The notes: generated by a model from the letters alone, not told the origin. Shown: positions 11,370 to 21,489, counted from the stretch's first letter. The stretch is 26,914 bases of DNA from Lama guanicoe (GCA_013239625.1 MU053934.1:11759003-11785916); one strand, 5' to 3'. Made by a program: numbers and translations.

Positions 11370-12150
11370 AAGAACTTATTTTACACGCACAATAAAAATG
11401 CAAATTAAATTATAAACGAATGAGAAAAAAGAGCCCAACTTCCCAAAGCGCCACCCCCGACACTCCCCGCAAACGCCTCAAAGACCGCCCCGAAGATGCT
11501 GCGAGGGCCACGAGCCTGCTAGACCCCAGGTGAGTTTTCTTCTCCATCAGGCCAAATAGCCGCGTGCTATCGGTCAACGGAAAGGCGTTTGTGCCTTTTG
11601 GCGACAATTAAGATCGAGGCTGGATTTGCACTCCAGTTTAATTACTAATAGATTAATCCAAGTCTAAAAGACCATCCGTAATTAGCATTGCGTTGATTGA
11701 TTTGTTGCAAAGAAACGACCTGATTATGTTCCTAGTAATCGGTTTATAGCTAAGTGGCCTTCTTTCATTAAAACATAAAGAGACAGCCATAAAAAGTGGC
11801 CAAGGTGTATGGGATCGTAAAAGCAGAGTCTGCTACTTGCCGCGGGCGGCCCTCTTTGATTTCTGTGGAAATCTAATTATTCAGTGAATTAAGGGATTCG
11901 ACCTCCACAGGAAGGCTGGTGGGTGACTCCCAGCCATCGATCCCGGGGGGAGTCGGGCGGCTCCGCAGCAGGACCGGGGGTGGGGTGCGGCTGACGTATT
12001 GTTGACAAAGACCACACCGCCCATGGACGGTCATTAAAGGCCCACCGCACAGCACAAGGAAGGCGAAACACTCAGAGGTTGCAGTTAAATCCCTGGCAGT
12101 GACAGCGCCTAATTAGGCGCAATCCTTCTTATTCCAGATAAAAACAAGGG
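11370..12150. promoter_or_regulatory. Large candidate developmental enhancer (homeodomain/PBX/MEIS/TCF site cluster)
   Basis: AT-rich and non-repetitive. TAATCC 11654-11659, TGATTGAT 11694-11701, TAAGTGG 11751-11757, CCATAAAA 11787-11794, TCGTAAAA 11815-11822, CTTTGAT 11854-11860, TGACAG 12100-12105, palindrome GCGCCTAATTAGGCGC 12105-12120, and many TAATTA cores. Confidence 0.55.
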
Positions 12151-13545
12151 AAAACAGTCTCCAGGGAGGCAAGAACCGAAAGGAGAGACAGTCGTACTTG
12201 AAACAAAGGTCGGCTGCTGCAGGGGACGCCTGGCCTCCTCGTCTGGGGGCGCAGGGTCGGCCGCCGAGCCCTCAGCGTCATCACCACCGGGGGCTTCCAG
12301 ACCCCTCCTGAGTCAGCGCGTGTCCAGGGCAAGTGCACGTCCAGACAAGGGTTTTCCAGGGGAGCTGGCTCCCCTCCGCCAGCGCCACCCCAGGGGTCCA
12401 CAGAGGACCACGTGGGCCCAGCCGCACCCGGACCCTGGGTCTGCCTGTCCAGGGAGGTGGCTGGGCAGTCGGCTCCCTGCTCGTGTCCACACGGCCCTGG
12501 GCACCTCCACCGGTTTCTCCAAGTGTTGCTTCGACATCGTGCCGTTTTGAACAAGGATTCACTGTATTCCTGCTTGCTGCTCCTGTGTTCCGAGTCGTGG
12601 GCTGCAGCCGTAAATCTCCCTTCTCTGACACAAGAATCACAAGGAGACACACCCCGAGGTCCAAGGCCGCCACCCCTGCAGCGGACCGCCAGGGCCATGA
12701 GCGGGCTGCCGGGGGCCTTGGAAGCAGCTGCTGCACCCCAACCCAGAGCCCACGGTGACTCCTGCTCTGAGCTGTAAGGCCACCTGTCACGGGCACAGTC
12801 CGCCTGGATGCGCCTTCGTCTGGAGGCTCAGGCTAAGGCAGGGCTGCCCTGCGGTCCCTCTGTGGCCACGTCTGGTCCCGGCCCAGCCACTGTCAGCCCC
12901 ACCTGCCCTGTCTCTCCTCCCCCCCATCCCAGACCCAGACGAGGCCCCTCACCCGCTGCGGCTCCTGCCAGACCCCAGCGCTCTCCATCCAGGAGGGCTG
13001 GTTCCCATGGGCAGGATGCCAACCAGTCATGCTGCCGCCAGAGCTTGTGGACCTGGGTCGCGGGCAGAGGGGCTGAGCGAGCCAGGTCACCTGCAAGGTC
13101 CACCTCACCTGTGACCCCACCCACCCCTGCAGGGGTCAAGGTCACAGAACAGGCCAGCTGCCTTCTGACGCATCTGTCTTCCTGAACCGAAGGGACGAGG
13201 GTCGGGGTCCCAGGGGGCAGGGGTCCCAGCACCGCCCCCTCACTCCGTCCCTCCCTGGACGGCCCGCACCCCAACAAGCTCTCGCCTGTGACTCAGTTTT
13301 CACTTCTGTCCTAACAGCATTTGTGCATATTCGAAAAGATAGCCGCATTTGACAAGCCTGCTTTCTCGCCTCGGGCCCCGCTGATTCGGGGCTCCCGTAT
13401 TGCAGCCGGGCTGCCGCAAGGCAGGGCGGGGGCCTCCCGGGAACTGCGGCCCAGGCGCACGTTCACTGAAGAGGTGGGCGTTTCTGCGACGCAGCGGGTC
13501 CTGCGCCCAAAGCGGGGTGTTTACTCACTTTTGTTCCTGTTGCAG

Positions 13546-14715
13546 GTGTTGTGTCCTTTCATGATGTGCTGCCCGCTTCCTCACGCGTGCGCCTTGCTGT
13601 GCCGTTCGGGCTCGCGTGTCTGCGTGCACGTGTGCGTCCGGGTGTGCGTGTAAGAAACAGCATTTGCGTCCTGTGACGCCTGGGCGCCGACTGCCGGCAG
13701 AGGGAGGCTGCTCGTTGCTCTGTCCCCGCCTCGCCCGGCCGCACCTGAGCTGTGCCTCTCCACCTGAGCTCTTCTGCTCCGGACCCTTTCTGTGCCCCAG
13801 CACGCGAGCACCACGTCGGCAAAAGGAAGGCGCGCTGCCCTTGTGTACGTCAGGTGCTCGCTGATGCCTTGTGTCATTGCACTGGCTAATCCCGCCGAGA
13901 GCAGGAGGCCCCCAGCTTGCCCCTGACTTCAGTTGAAATGCTTCTAACGTCTTGCAGTTTCAGTAAACGTGCGAAGCTGTTTCCGCCTTGTTTCGTCAAA
14001 GCCTTTGTTAGGAAGTCGCCAGTGTCGTGAGGGGTGACTTTCGGGCTGGCTCACAAGGTCTGTTCCCTCCACACATGGGTTTCACGCGTGTGTCCTGGGC
14101 TTTCTGACCGTGAAGAGGCCTTGCGTTCCACTGATGCTGCGCTTTCTGCCTCCCTGCAGAACCCCTCTGCTGACGGTCCGTTGAGGGGTTCTGCAACATC
14201 CTCACAAGTGAGGCTGGGCTAGAGGTTTGTTTTGCTGTTTGTTTCGAGTATTTTGCATTCCATCAGATTTTGCCCGGAAAACCGAGCTGGGTTTGTGTGA
14301 TAAACTAGGGAGCTGTGTCTTTTTCTGGAGACTAAAATTGTTTCCCCGGCATCGCCCAGAACTTTCCTTAAGGCTGGGGGGCGGCGCACGGAGGGGCCGC
14401 CGGCTGCCTTCCCACGGGGCCCCGAGCCCCCGCACGCCGCCCCCAGCCATCAGCCCCCAGGTCCCCCCCTGCAGCTCGTCCTTCCCCGGGGGCAGTTCCG
14501 GCCCCTCCCCCGGCTTGTAGTTCTTGGTCACGGGTTTTCACGCCTCCCGCCCACTCCTGGCCGGTCTGGTTCAGGTCTGTCTCCTGCCCCCTCACGCCTG
14601 TGAGCGGGTGACCTACCGCGTCAGTCCCCAGAGTCACTCGGCCTTCCTGCTATTCTGTTTTCTACTTCATTAAACTTGTTTCCTATCGTAATAAAGTCTT
14701 TGTGCTAATTTGTTC
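13546..14715 (+). other. Candidate terminal exon (short coding tail plus ~1.15 kb 3' UTR-like sequence); host gene not identified
   Basis: Branch-point-like CTCAC (13524-13528), pyrimidine tract and CAG|G acceptor at 13545/13546. T-rich blocks on the + strand, ATTAAA (14669) and AATAAA (14690) followed by GT/T-rich and then G-rich sequence. No recognisable transposon inside. Confidence 0.45.
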
Positions 14716-14770
14716 CTCTCTTAAAATAAGGACCTATTCACTGGTTTGGGGGGGTTGGGGGGAAGGAGGG
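14669..14770 (+). terminator. Candidate cleavage/polyadenylation signal region
   Basis: ATTAAA 14669-14674, AATAAA 14690-14695, downstream 'gtctttgtgctaatttgttcc' and G-runs at 14748-14770. Confidence 0.5.
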
Positions 14771-14772
14771 CT

Positions 14773-15282
14773 ATTTTATTTTACTTTAAATTTTGTTTTC
14801 CATTGACGCGTAGCTGATGTACGACGTTGGTACCGGGCGTACAGCAAAGCGATCCCGTTACTCGCACGCACACTTCCTCTCAGATTCTTGCCCATCATAG
14901 CTCGTTACAGGGAAGTGAGTGCAGCTCCCGTGCCGCACGCAGGGCCTTGTTGCTTGCCTGCTTTACACACAGCCGTGTGTGTCTGTTAGTCCCAAGCTCC
15001 CAGCTTATCCCTCCCCCGCCCCTTCCCCTTTGGTGACCGTAGTTTGTTTTCTACGTGTGCGAGCCTGTTTGTGGCTTGTAGATAAGATCTGTATCATTTT
15101 TCTAGATTCCACATCCAAGTGCTATCATATGATACTTGTCCTTCTCTGACTGACTTCACTCAGTGTGGTCACCTCCAGGTCCGTCCACGCTGCTGCGAAC
15201 GGCGCTCTTCCATTGTTTTCTGCCGCTGAGCAATATTCCGGGGCGTGTGTGTGTGTGTACACACCACATCTTCTTCATCCAC
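14773..15282 (-). mobile_element. Artiodactyl-type LINE-1 3' end (5'-truncated), strongly GC-shifted
   Basis: Degenerate T-tract followed by 'tacagcaaagcgatc...ttcccctttggtgacc...tagattccacat...cttcactcagtgtggtcacctccaggtccgtccacgctgctgcgaacggc'. Homologous to the copy at 22339-22975. Confidence 0.9.
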
Positions 15283-15454
15283 TTGTTCTTGTTCCTTGTG
15301 TGTCTTCACGGCAAGTGGAGGCACTTACAATGTTTTCCTCCAAGTATGCCCTTCACGCGACTCCGAGGCCCTGGTGTGAAATGTTCTGCTTTACCCCTCC
15401 CCTCATTTTCACTTGCTTCTGTGACTCCCACGTCTGTAAGACAGTCAGTCGCTG

Positions 15455-15710
15455 CAACAGTTAGAATAGGGCAGGCGATGCCGTGGTAACAAACAGCACC
15501 AGCATCTCAGGGCCCCCCTCCCCGGCAGCACCTGCTCCTCCCCGGGGCACCACCCCCCCGCGGACCGGGCTCCTGGGCCGCGCAGCCCTCGCGTCTTCAC
15601 CCAGCAGGTGCCTCTGAGTCCGCACAGCTGGGGGCTCCCCTCACACACCACTGGCCCATGCAAGTCACGTGGCCCAGCCGGGCATCCCTCAAACACAGGA
15701 AGAACCAGGA
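15455..15710 (-). mobile_element. Old MaLR LTR fragment (MLT1J/K-like)
   Basis: 'agttagaatagggcaggcgatgccgtggtaacaaacagcaccagcatctcagggc' and 'gcaagtcacgtggcccagcc' match recalled MLT1J/K motifs (ggataggctaggttatgctgcagtaacaaac...; gcaagtcacatggccaagccc). Confidence 0.6.
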
Positions 15711-16389
15711 ACATTAGTGTTGTCATTTGGAGCGTTCATTTTAAGTGCAGTTGACGTAATCAGAGAGTGGGGTGGGTAGTGCCTGCTTTGTGGATTTTGT
15801 TAAAAGCTCCGGGTGTGTGTGTGTGTGTCCACGCGCCTGGCCGGTCTGTGAGGAGGTTTATGCCCACGTACAACTGCGCTCCTCTTCTTGGGCTGCGTGA
15901 GCCTCCCTGCATGTTACAACACACTTGCCGACTCTGTTGTTTAACTCCTACGCGCGTCCACTTATTTCTCTCTGGATCTTAAACTTCTAAGACAGACACG
16001 GGCAATAACACACGGGACCTTTTCGCGACATCCTTCTCTGCATTGTGACCGTCCCGCCCCGAGCGCCAGCTGCTGGGCCGTTTGCCGCACTCGCCCGTTC
16101 GCCGTCGTTAGTTCATACTTGCCGTCTCGGGTCTGTGTGAGTATTTCAGCCTCAGCTCCACGTTGTCCGATGATAATGTCTCGGTCCCTTCTCTCCTGTG
16201 GTTCGCACCTGCCTGGTGGTCTTTGTGGGCCTCTTGTCATCTTCCCCAGTTGGCTACTAGTGACGTATTTACTCAGCCACCAAACAGCACACAGACAAGC
16301 GCAGCTCAGGGAACGTCCACCGCCCGGACACATGTGCGTCCAGACTAGCACAGAGAACGTCGCCAGCAGCCCGAAGCCCCTCCTTTTCT

Positions 16390-16850
16390 CTGCACTTCCC
16401 CAGAGACAACTGATACCTTAACTTTATCAGCATAGATTCCTTTCTGAGCCCAGACGGAATCCTACGGTGTTTCATATTTTCTGCTTCAGAGCCTTGTGCA
16501 CAGCATCCTAGTCTCCTGGGCCACTGAGAGTGGTTATCGGCTGTCTGTGTTCATTGCTGGGTAATGTTCCTCCGTGAAGGCTCATCCTTCTCCAAGTCAC
16601 CCATGCTGCCGACAGCAGGTGGACACTAGGGTCGTCTCCTTCCTTCATCTTTGTGAGTGGGGCTGGCGTGGACACTCTCAGGCACGTGCTCTGGGGAGTA
16701 TACAGGCGTCTCTGGGACTGGTACAGCGGCTTGCCGGGTGGGGCCCGTCACCATAGCCAGACGACTATGTGGTTGCGCAGTTGCTGCTCCCGCGAGCTCT
16801 GCCTGGGACCTGCTTCCCGCATCCTCGCCAGCGATCTGCAGAGTCTCCCC
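16390..16850 (-). mobile_element. Old LINE-1 (L1MD/ME-type) 3' region, antisense
   Basis: 'cccagagacaact...tatcagcatagatt...ggaatcctacgg...ttcattgctgggtaatgttcc...ggtggacactagggtcgtctcc...ccgcatcctcgccagc' follows the order of the antisense L1M 3' consensus. Confidence 0.7.
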
Positions 16851-17303
16851 AAGCCAGTCTCCTCGTCGGGGCTCCCTCCCTGTCACACCCGCCCCGCCGC
16901 CCACCGCTTCTGCTGAACAGCCCTCTTTACTCCATTAACTTAGGTGAATAGGAGGGCGGAGAGGAAGGGAACAATAAAATTACATGTTGATCCAAAAGAC
17001 TGCAAGAAAAGGAGAGGAAAAGGAACCTAAGTCATGTGGGGCAACAGAAAATAAATAATATGTTGGCCATTATGACTCAAATGTCTCAGAAGTAGCGTTT
17101 AAGTTTTTAAATAAAGTTTGTTAGGCAGAAATAAATAAACAGTGTGCTGCACAGAAGTTACACAATTTAAATATAAGAACATAGAGAAATTAAAGCATAA
17201 GTTTGGGAAAAAATACCGCTAACCAAGAGGAAGCCAGTATCGCTCCATTAGTACCTAACACGGTAGACTTTTAAGACAAGAAACGGTAATGAGAAACGCA
17301 AAA

Positions 17304-17447
17304 GGGGGAGGGCCCAGCTCAGTGGAGAGTGCGTGCCCGGCACGTAGGAGGCCCTGGGCTCAACCCCTGTACCTCCGTTAAAATAAACAAGTAAACCTGA
17401 TTACCCCCAAAATATTTTTTAATTAAAATTAAAAAAACAAACAAAAA
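17304..17447 (+). mobile_element. tRNA-derived SINE of camelid type
   Basis: 'gggggagggcccagctcagtggagagtgcgtgccc...gaggccctgggctcaacccctgtacctccgttaaaataaacaagtaaacctgattacccccaaa' plus an A-rich tail. Degenerate Pol III A box (agctcagtgg) and B box (ggctcaaccc). Matches the recalled camelid SINE layout. Confidence 0.85.
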
Positions 17448-17660
17448 GGACATTCTGTAGTGATGAAAATGTCAATCCACCAGAAATACACAATAAAACT
17501 CAACTGCACGCCTCTAATAAAAGATCATCAGAGTCCTTAAGTAAAAAACGGCAAAGTGAAGACAGGAACGAGGAGACGCGTCATCCTGGTGAGACGCTGT
17601 AGCCAGCCTCCCTCGAGCCTCCCTCTTGTTATTGAAACAAAAGTCATGGATGGAGCCGAC

Positions 17661-17870
17661 CCGGGGCCCAGACGAGGGCTGTGGGTCAAATCCCGCTCTC
17701 CACGCGCTTTTGTAAATAAAGTTTTATTGAAACGGCAGCACCCACCTGAGTGCGTAGTCCCGTCTCCACCCTGCTTTTGCACCGTGACAGCAAAGCTAAG
17801 TAGCTGCATCACCTGCAAAGTCTGAGACATTTACTTTCCGACTCTTTATGGAGAAGGGTTGCCAGCCCTG
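17661..17870 (+). mobile_element. MER58A-like hAT-Charlie non-autonomous DNA transposon
   Basis: 'gtgggtcaaatcc...ttttgtaaataaagttttattgaaac...ctgcttttgcaccgtgacagcaaagctaagtagctgc...acatttact...ctttatggagaagggttgccagccctg' matches the recalled MER58A consensus nearly end to end. TSD not recoverable. Confidence 0.85.
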
Positions 17871-18214
17871 GGGAGAGTCCTGACAGCACAAGTACCAGTG
17901 GTCCCTGCGGACGTGGACACGACACTGTGCCCAGAACAGACCGCGCTCTTCTCAAAACGTTCAGACTTCGAGTGTTTCCTCAGGTTTCCCACATGGTGGG
18001 TCATAAAGAATTCTCCATAAATTTCAAGCACTTAAATTATTCCACTTTTGTTTTCTGCCCACAGCAGCATTAGCCTAAAAATCAGTAAATTAAAGCTATC
18101 TAGAAAATGTGTGAATGTTTGGAAGTTATGTTAGTACACTACTAAATAACCCATAGCTCAAAGAAGGAGGCATAAAGAAATTAGAAAATATTTTAAATGC
18201 ATGATTGTAAAATG

Positions 18215-19110
18215 TGTTAAAATTCAACAGAGTAAATTTTAAAGCCATCATTGGTTTTATTCAGCAATTCACAGACGGGGCAGCAGCCCACGCAGTGGAC
18301 AGAAGGGTGCTCTGAGCAGCTGTTCGGAGGAGGACTTACAGGCAGAAGGGAACGTAACAGAGAAGAGCACATGTGACCCCACGCTGGGCCTGCCCCTTTG
18401 GCTCTGCCCTGGGCTCTGGGTCCCGGGCCCAGTCGGGCTGGTTCTGCTCCTCCTGTGAGAGAATGCCCCCTGGAGCCTGAGACCCACGGGAGGGCCGGTT
18501 CCCAGGGCTCTGACCTTTAAGGGGATAACACTTTCCATTCATATAAAGATGAAAAGTTGCAAAATAGAAAATGGCATTTCTCTTGCTGAAGGTTTGCAGG
18601 GACACCACGAGCTGACCCACGTGGACAGCCACAAGAACAAAGGATTCCGACACCACAAAGTTCGCAGCAACCAGCCACACGCCCTTCCCTGTTAGTATAG
18701 AAGGAGCCTGAGCTCTGACGGGGAGGATGGTTCTCCAGGACATGAGTCCCCATCTTCTTGGACTGCTGGCTTTCCAAATAAAGTCATTCTTCCTTGCCCC
18801 AACACCCCTCGTCTCCTGATTTACTGGTCGTGTGCTGAGCACAGTGAGTTTGGACTCAGTGACAGGAGCAGAGCAAGGAAGTTATTCAGGCAAAGAAGCG
18901 TCTTGGTTACAGCGCAGTCACCTTCCTGTAGGGCCGGCACGGCTCCGTCAGGCAGACGACCTCCCAGGGCCTCCCGGGAGGCTCCTGCCGGGCTGGTCTA
19001 AGACGCCATTTCTGGGAGAACCGAGACTGTAATTCAGCTGAGTCTCGGTTTGGTGATGTGGGGCTTAGCATAAGCAACTCCCTTGTGGGCTTGCTGTCTT
19101 GTTTTTAAGA
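18215..19110 (-). mobile_element. ERV1-like solo LTR A (split by LTR B)
   Basis: Termini TGTTAAAA...TTTTAAGA (degenerate inverted ends), 4-bp TSD AATG (18211-18214) / AACG (19111-19114), minus-strand AATAAA at 18256-18261. The two halves rejoin as 'ggcagaaggga[g]cagagcaaggaagttatt'. Confidence 0.8.
18353..18864 (+). mobile_element. ERV1-like solo LTR B (MER41-like artiodactyl LTR) nested in LTR A
   Basis: 512 bp with ends (C/T)GTAAC...GTGACA, 4-bp TSD GGAA (18349-18352) / GGAG (18865-18868), TATA-like 'tatagaag' near 18696 and AATAAA at 18777-18782. Family name is from recall. Confidence 0.8.
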
Positions 19111-21489
19111 AACGTAACTTATACACAGCTTAGATAGTAGTGGGGAGGAAATGTGTATTCTTCAGCACTCACACCACCAAAGACCAGAAGCTGAAAGTTG
19201 GTAATCCAGCTCCGTCTCTCCAAGAGCTGGAAGACACCCAGAAGAGGCTCGGAGAACGCAGAGGGAGACTGGGAAGTCAGCGCAGCGCAGACGGTCGTCC
19301 AACAGGAAAATCGACCAACCGAACGATAGCTCCTCTAAAACTCTTATCACAAGCTTGATAAAAATACAAAGGTAAAATGTGCACGTTACCAAAAGCAGTA
19401 ATGAACAACGGGCATCTCCGCAGATCCTGAGAAACAAAACAGATGATCGAAGAAGGCTGTGAACAGCTCTGTGCCGGTCACTGTGACAGCTTGGACAAAG
19501 TGTACCAGAGCAGCCAAAAAACAAAAAAGCACGATTCAGCAAAGCTGACAGAAGAAGAAACAGAAGGGAAGCTCTGATGCCCAGAAAATAAATTTAATCT
19601 GCAATGGAAAACCTCACCACAAAAAACAAAACAAACCGACCCAGACAATTCCACCAGCAAATTCCTCCAGTCGCTTAAGCGTGAGTGACGGCAGCCCGGC
19701 AACCTCTTCCCGAAGCAGGGTGACCAGCGGCATGTCCCAAAGAGTCAGGAGGCCCGCGCGGCTGGGACCCCAAAAGCTGGCAGTTAATTTACAAAGTGGG
19801 AATACCGCAGGACGATCTGTCTCGTGAGGACGCACGTTGAAACCCTCGACGAAAGATTAGTAGATTGAACTGAGCAATTTGCAGTGTAGGGTACGTCCGA
19901 TCAAGGGCGTTTAACTCCCGGCGTGTGATGCAACGGCGGCCGCACGTCAGAGGCGATTAGCGCGCTCCGCCCCCTCGGCAGCCAACGGGAAAGGCTCAGC
20001 GGTCCCAGCCGCAGGTGCGAGCGTACCTGACAAAATGCAGCGTCTGCTCCTGCTCAGACTTCTCAGCAGACTCGGCAGCAGAGCGCGCGTGAGGAAGGCG
20101 GCGGCGGCGAGCGAACATACAGGAGAAGGCTCGGTAAAGGAGCCGGGCCCCCGTCGGCTGCCCACTCGCCCAGCCAGCCCCGCGGGGCGGGAGCGGCCCT
20201 GCTGGCAGCGGGAGGGCGTGAGGCTTTCGCCAAATTGTGACTCCTTACCCCACCTGCATCACCTTGAAACATTCATTCCCGGGGGAGCGTGGGTCTGAAT
20301 TCTGTGAAGGACAAAGCCAAAAAAAGGCTTGTAGAGGAGCACACGGGAGAACGTTCTTACGACCTGTCACAGGACAGGGATTTTCAAAGAACGTCCACCA
20401 CAAGCAGGAAGTACACACGGGCAGACGTTCAAATTGAGCACCCATGTCCTTTAAACACGGCTCGAAGAGCGGGGGCAGGCAGGCCGGAGAGACAGGAGAC
20501 GTCTGCAGTCCTGCCCACCGTGGACTTGCAGCCAAAGCACACGAAGAACCAGTACAAACCAGTAAGACGAGAAAAGCTGAGTCCGCGGAGAAGTGCGAAG
20601 GCCGGAGACAGGCGCTCCACCAGGAGGACGCTGTGCCCCCACGGTGTGCAAAGGCCCTAGGCCCGTGAGCCTTCACGGTAACGTGAGCTCCTCCCGGTGC
20701 CACCCCGATGCCCTCCGGCCGAGGGGCCGGCGTGAGACCACAGGCGCCGCCCAGCGCTGGGGGGCAGGGCGGCACCTGGAGCGCTCCCCCGCCTCGTGAA
20801 CTATAGCTGCCACAGCCCTTGGAAACCTGCTTCCCAGTGATGCCCAAAGATGGAAACACAGCTTCTCCTTGACCAGCAGGCCCTCCGCTGGGTTTGCACA
20901 CCCCGCCTTGTCCCCGCCCCACTCCGCATAGCTAAACCTGAGACATCTCCTCTGAGATGCCCACTGGGGCAGGAGAGGTAAACCCAGTGCACCCATAACT
21001 GCATGCACGGCAGCCACCATCTGCCGCTGGGCACACCAGCACCCCCGAGCTCACGACCAAGTGGAAGAAGCCAGGCTGAAGGTGCAAACGCCCCCCCCCC
21101 CCCGTGAGCAGGCAAAGCTGCTGTGAGGTCACGGGAGTCAGCCACCCTGGCCGGGCCGCGTCTGGGAGGTGCCGGGAGCGTCCGCCTCGTTATCCGGCTG
21201 CCGGCTGCTCACCCAGCAGGGGCGGAGCTGCACTAGGGCCCCGGCTGGCCGGCCCCAAGAGGCCCCGGCAGAGAAGACGCCAGCCTTCCCTGGCCCACCC
21301 TTCCCTCTCCCCAGATCCACATCACTGAGAGACACAGAGATGTGCCTCATTAGCTGATGTGAACGGGGTATTTGTCTCCGGCGCAAGGTCTCGTAGGAAC
21401 GGTTCCTGCCTGCCCGCTTGATTCCTGGTGGCGGCTGGTGCGAGGACCACAGCTCCCCCACGGCAGGGTCTCTGTGTCTCAGACGGGCG

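Larger units (their letters stand above)
16975..21215 (+). mobile_element. Long decayed LINE-1 (ORF2 endonuclease to RT to C-terminus to 3' UTR) interrupted by four insertions
   Basis: Endonuclease-like segments at 17140-17290 and 17448-17640, 'cacatggtgggtcataaa' (HMLGHK) near 17989, WKL.N.LLNN at ~18120-18150. Resumes after the LTR at 19111. 'ctgacaaaatgcagcgtc' (FDKIQH) near 20027. ORF 20289-20660 'LNSVKDKAKKRLVEEHTGERSYDLSQDRDF' (cf. DLNV..KTIKLLEENIGE.L.DLG.GKDF). 3' UTR-like sequence to ~21215. Confidence 0.85.

Noticed and set aside
17304..17380. tRNA gene
   Set aside because: A and B boxes are degenerate and are followed by a SINE body and A-rich tail; no convincing cloverleaf.
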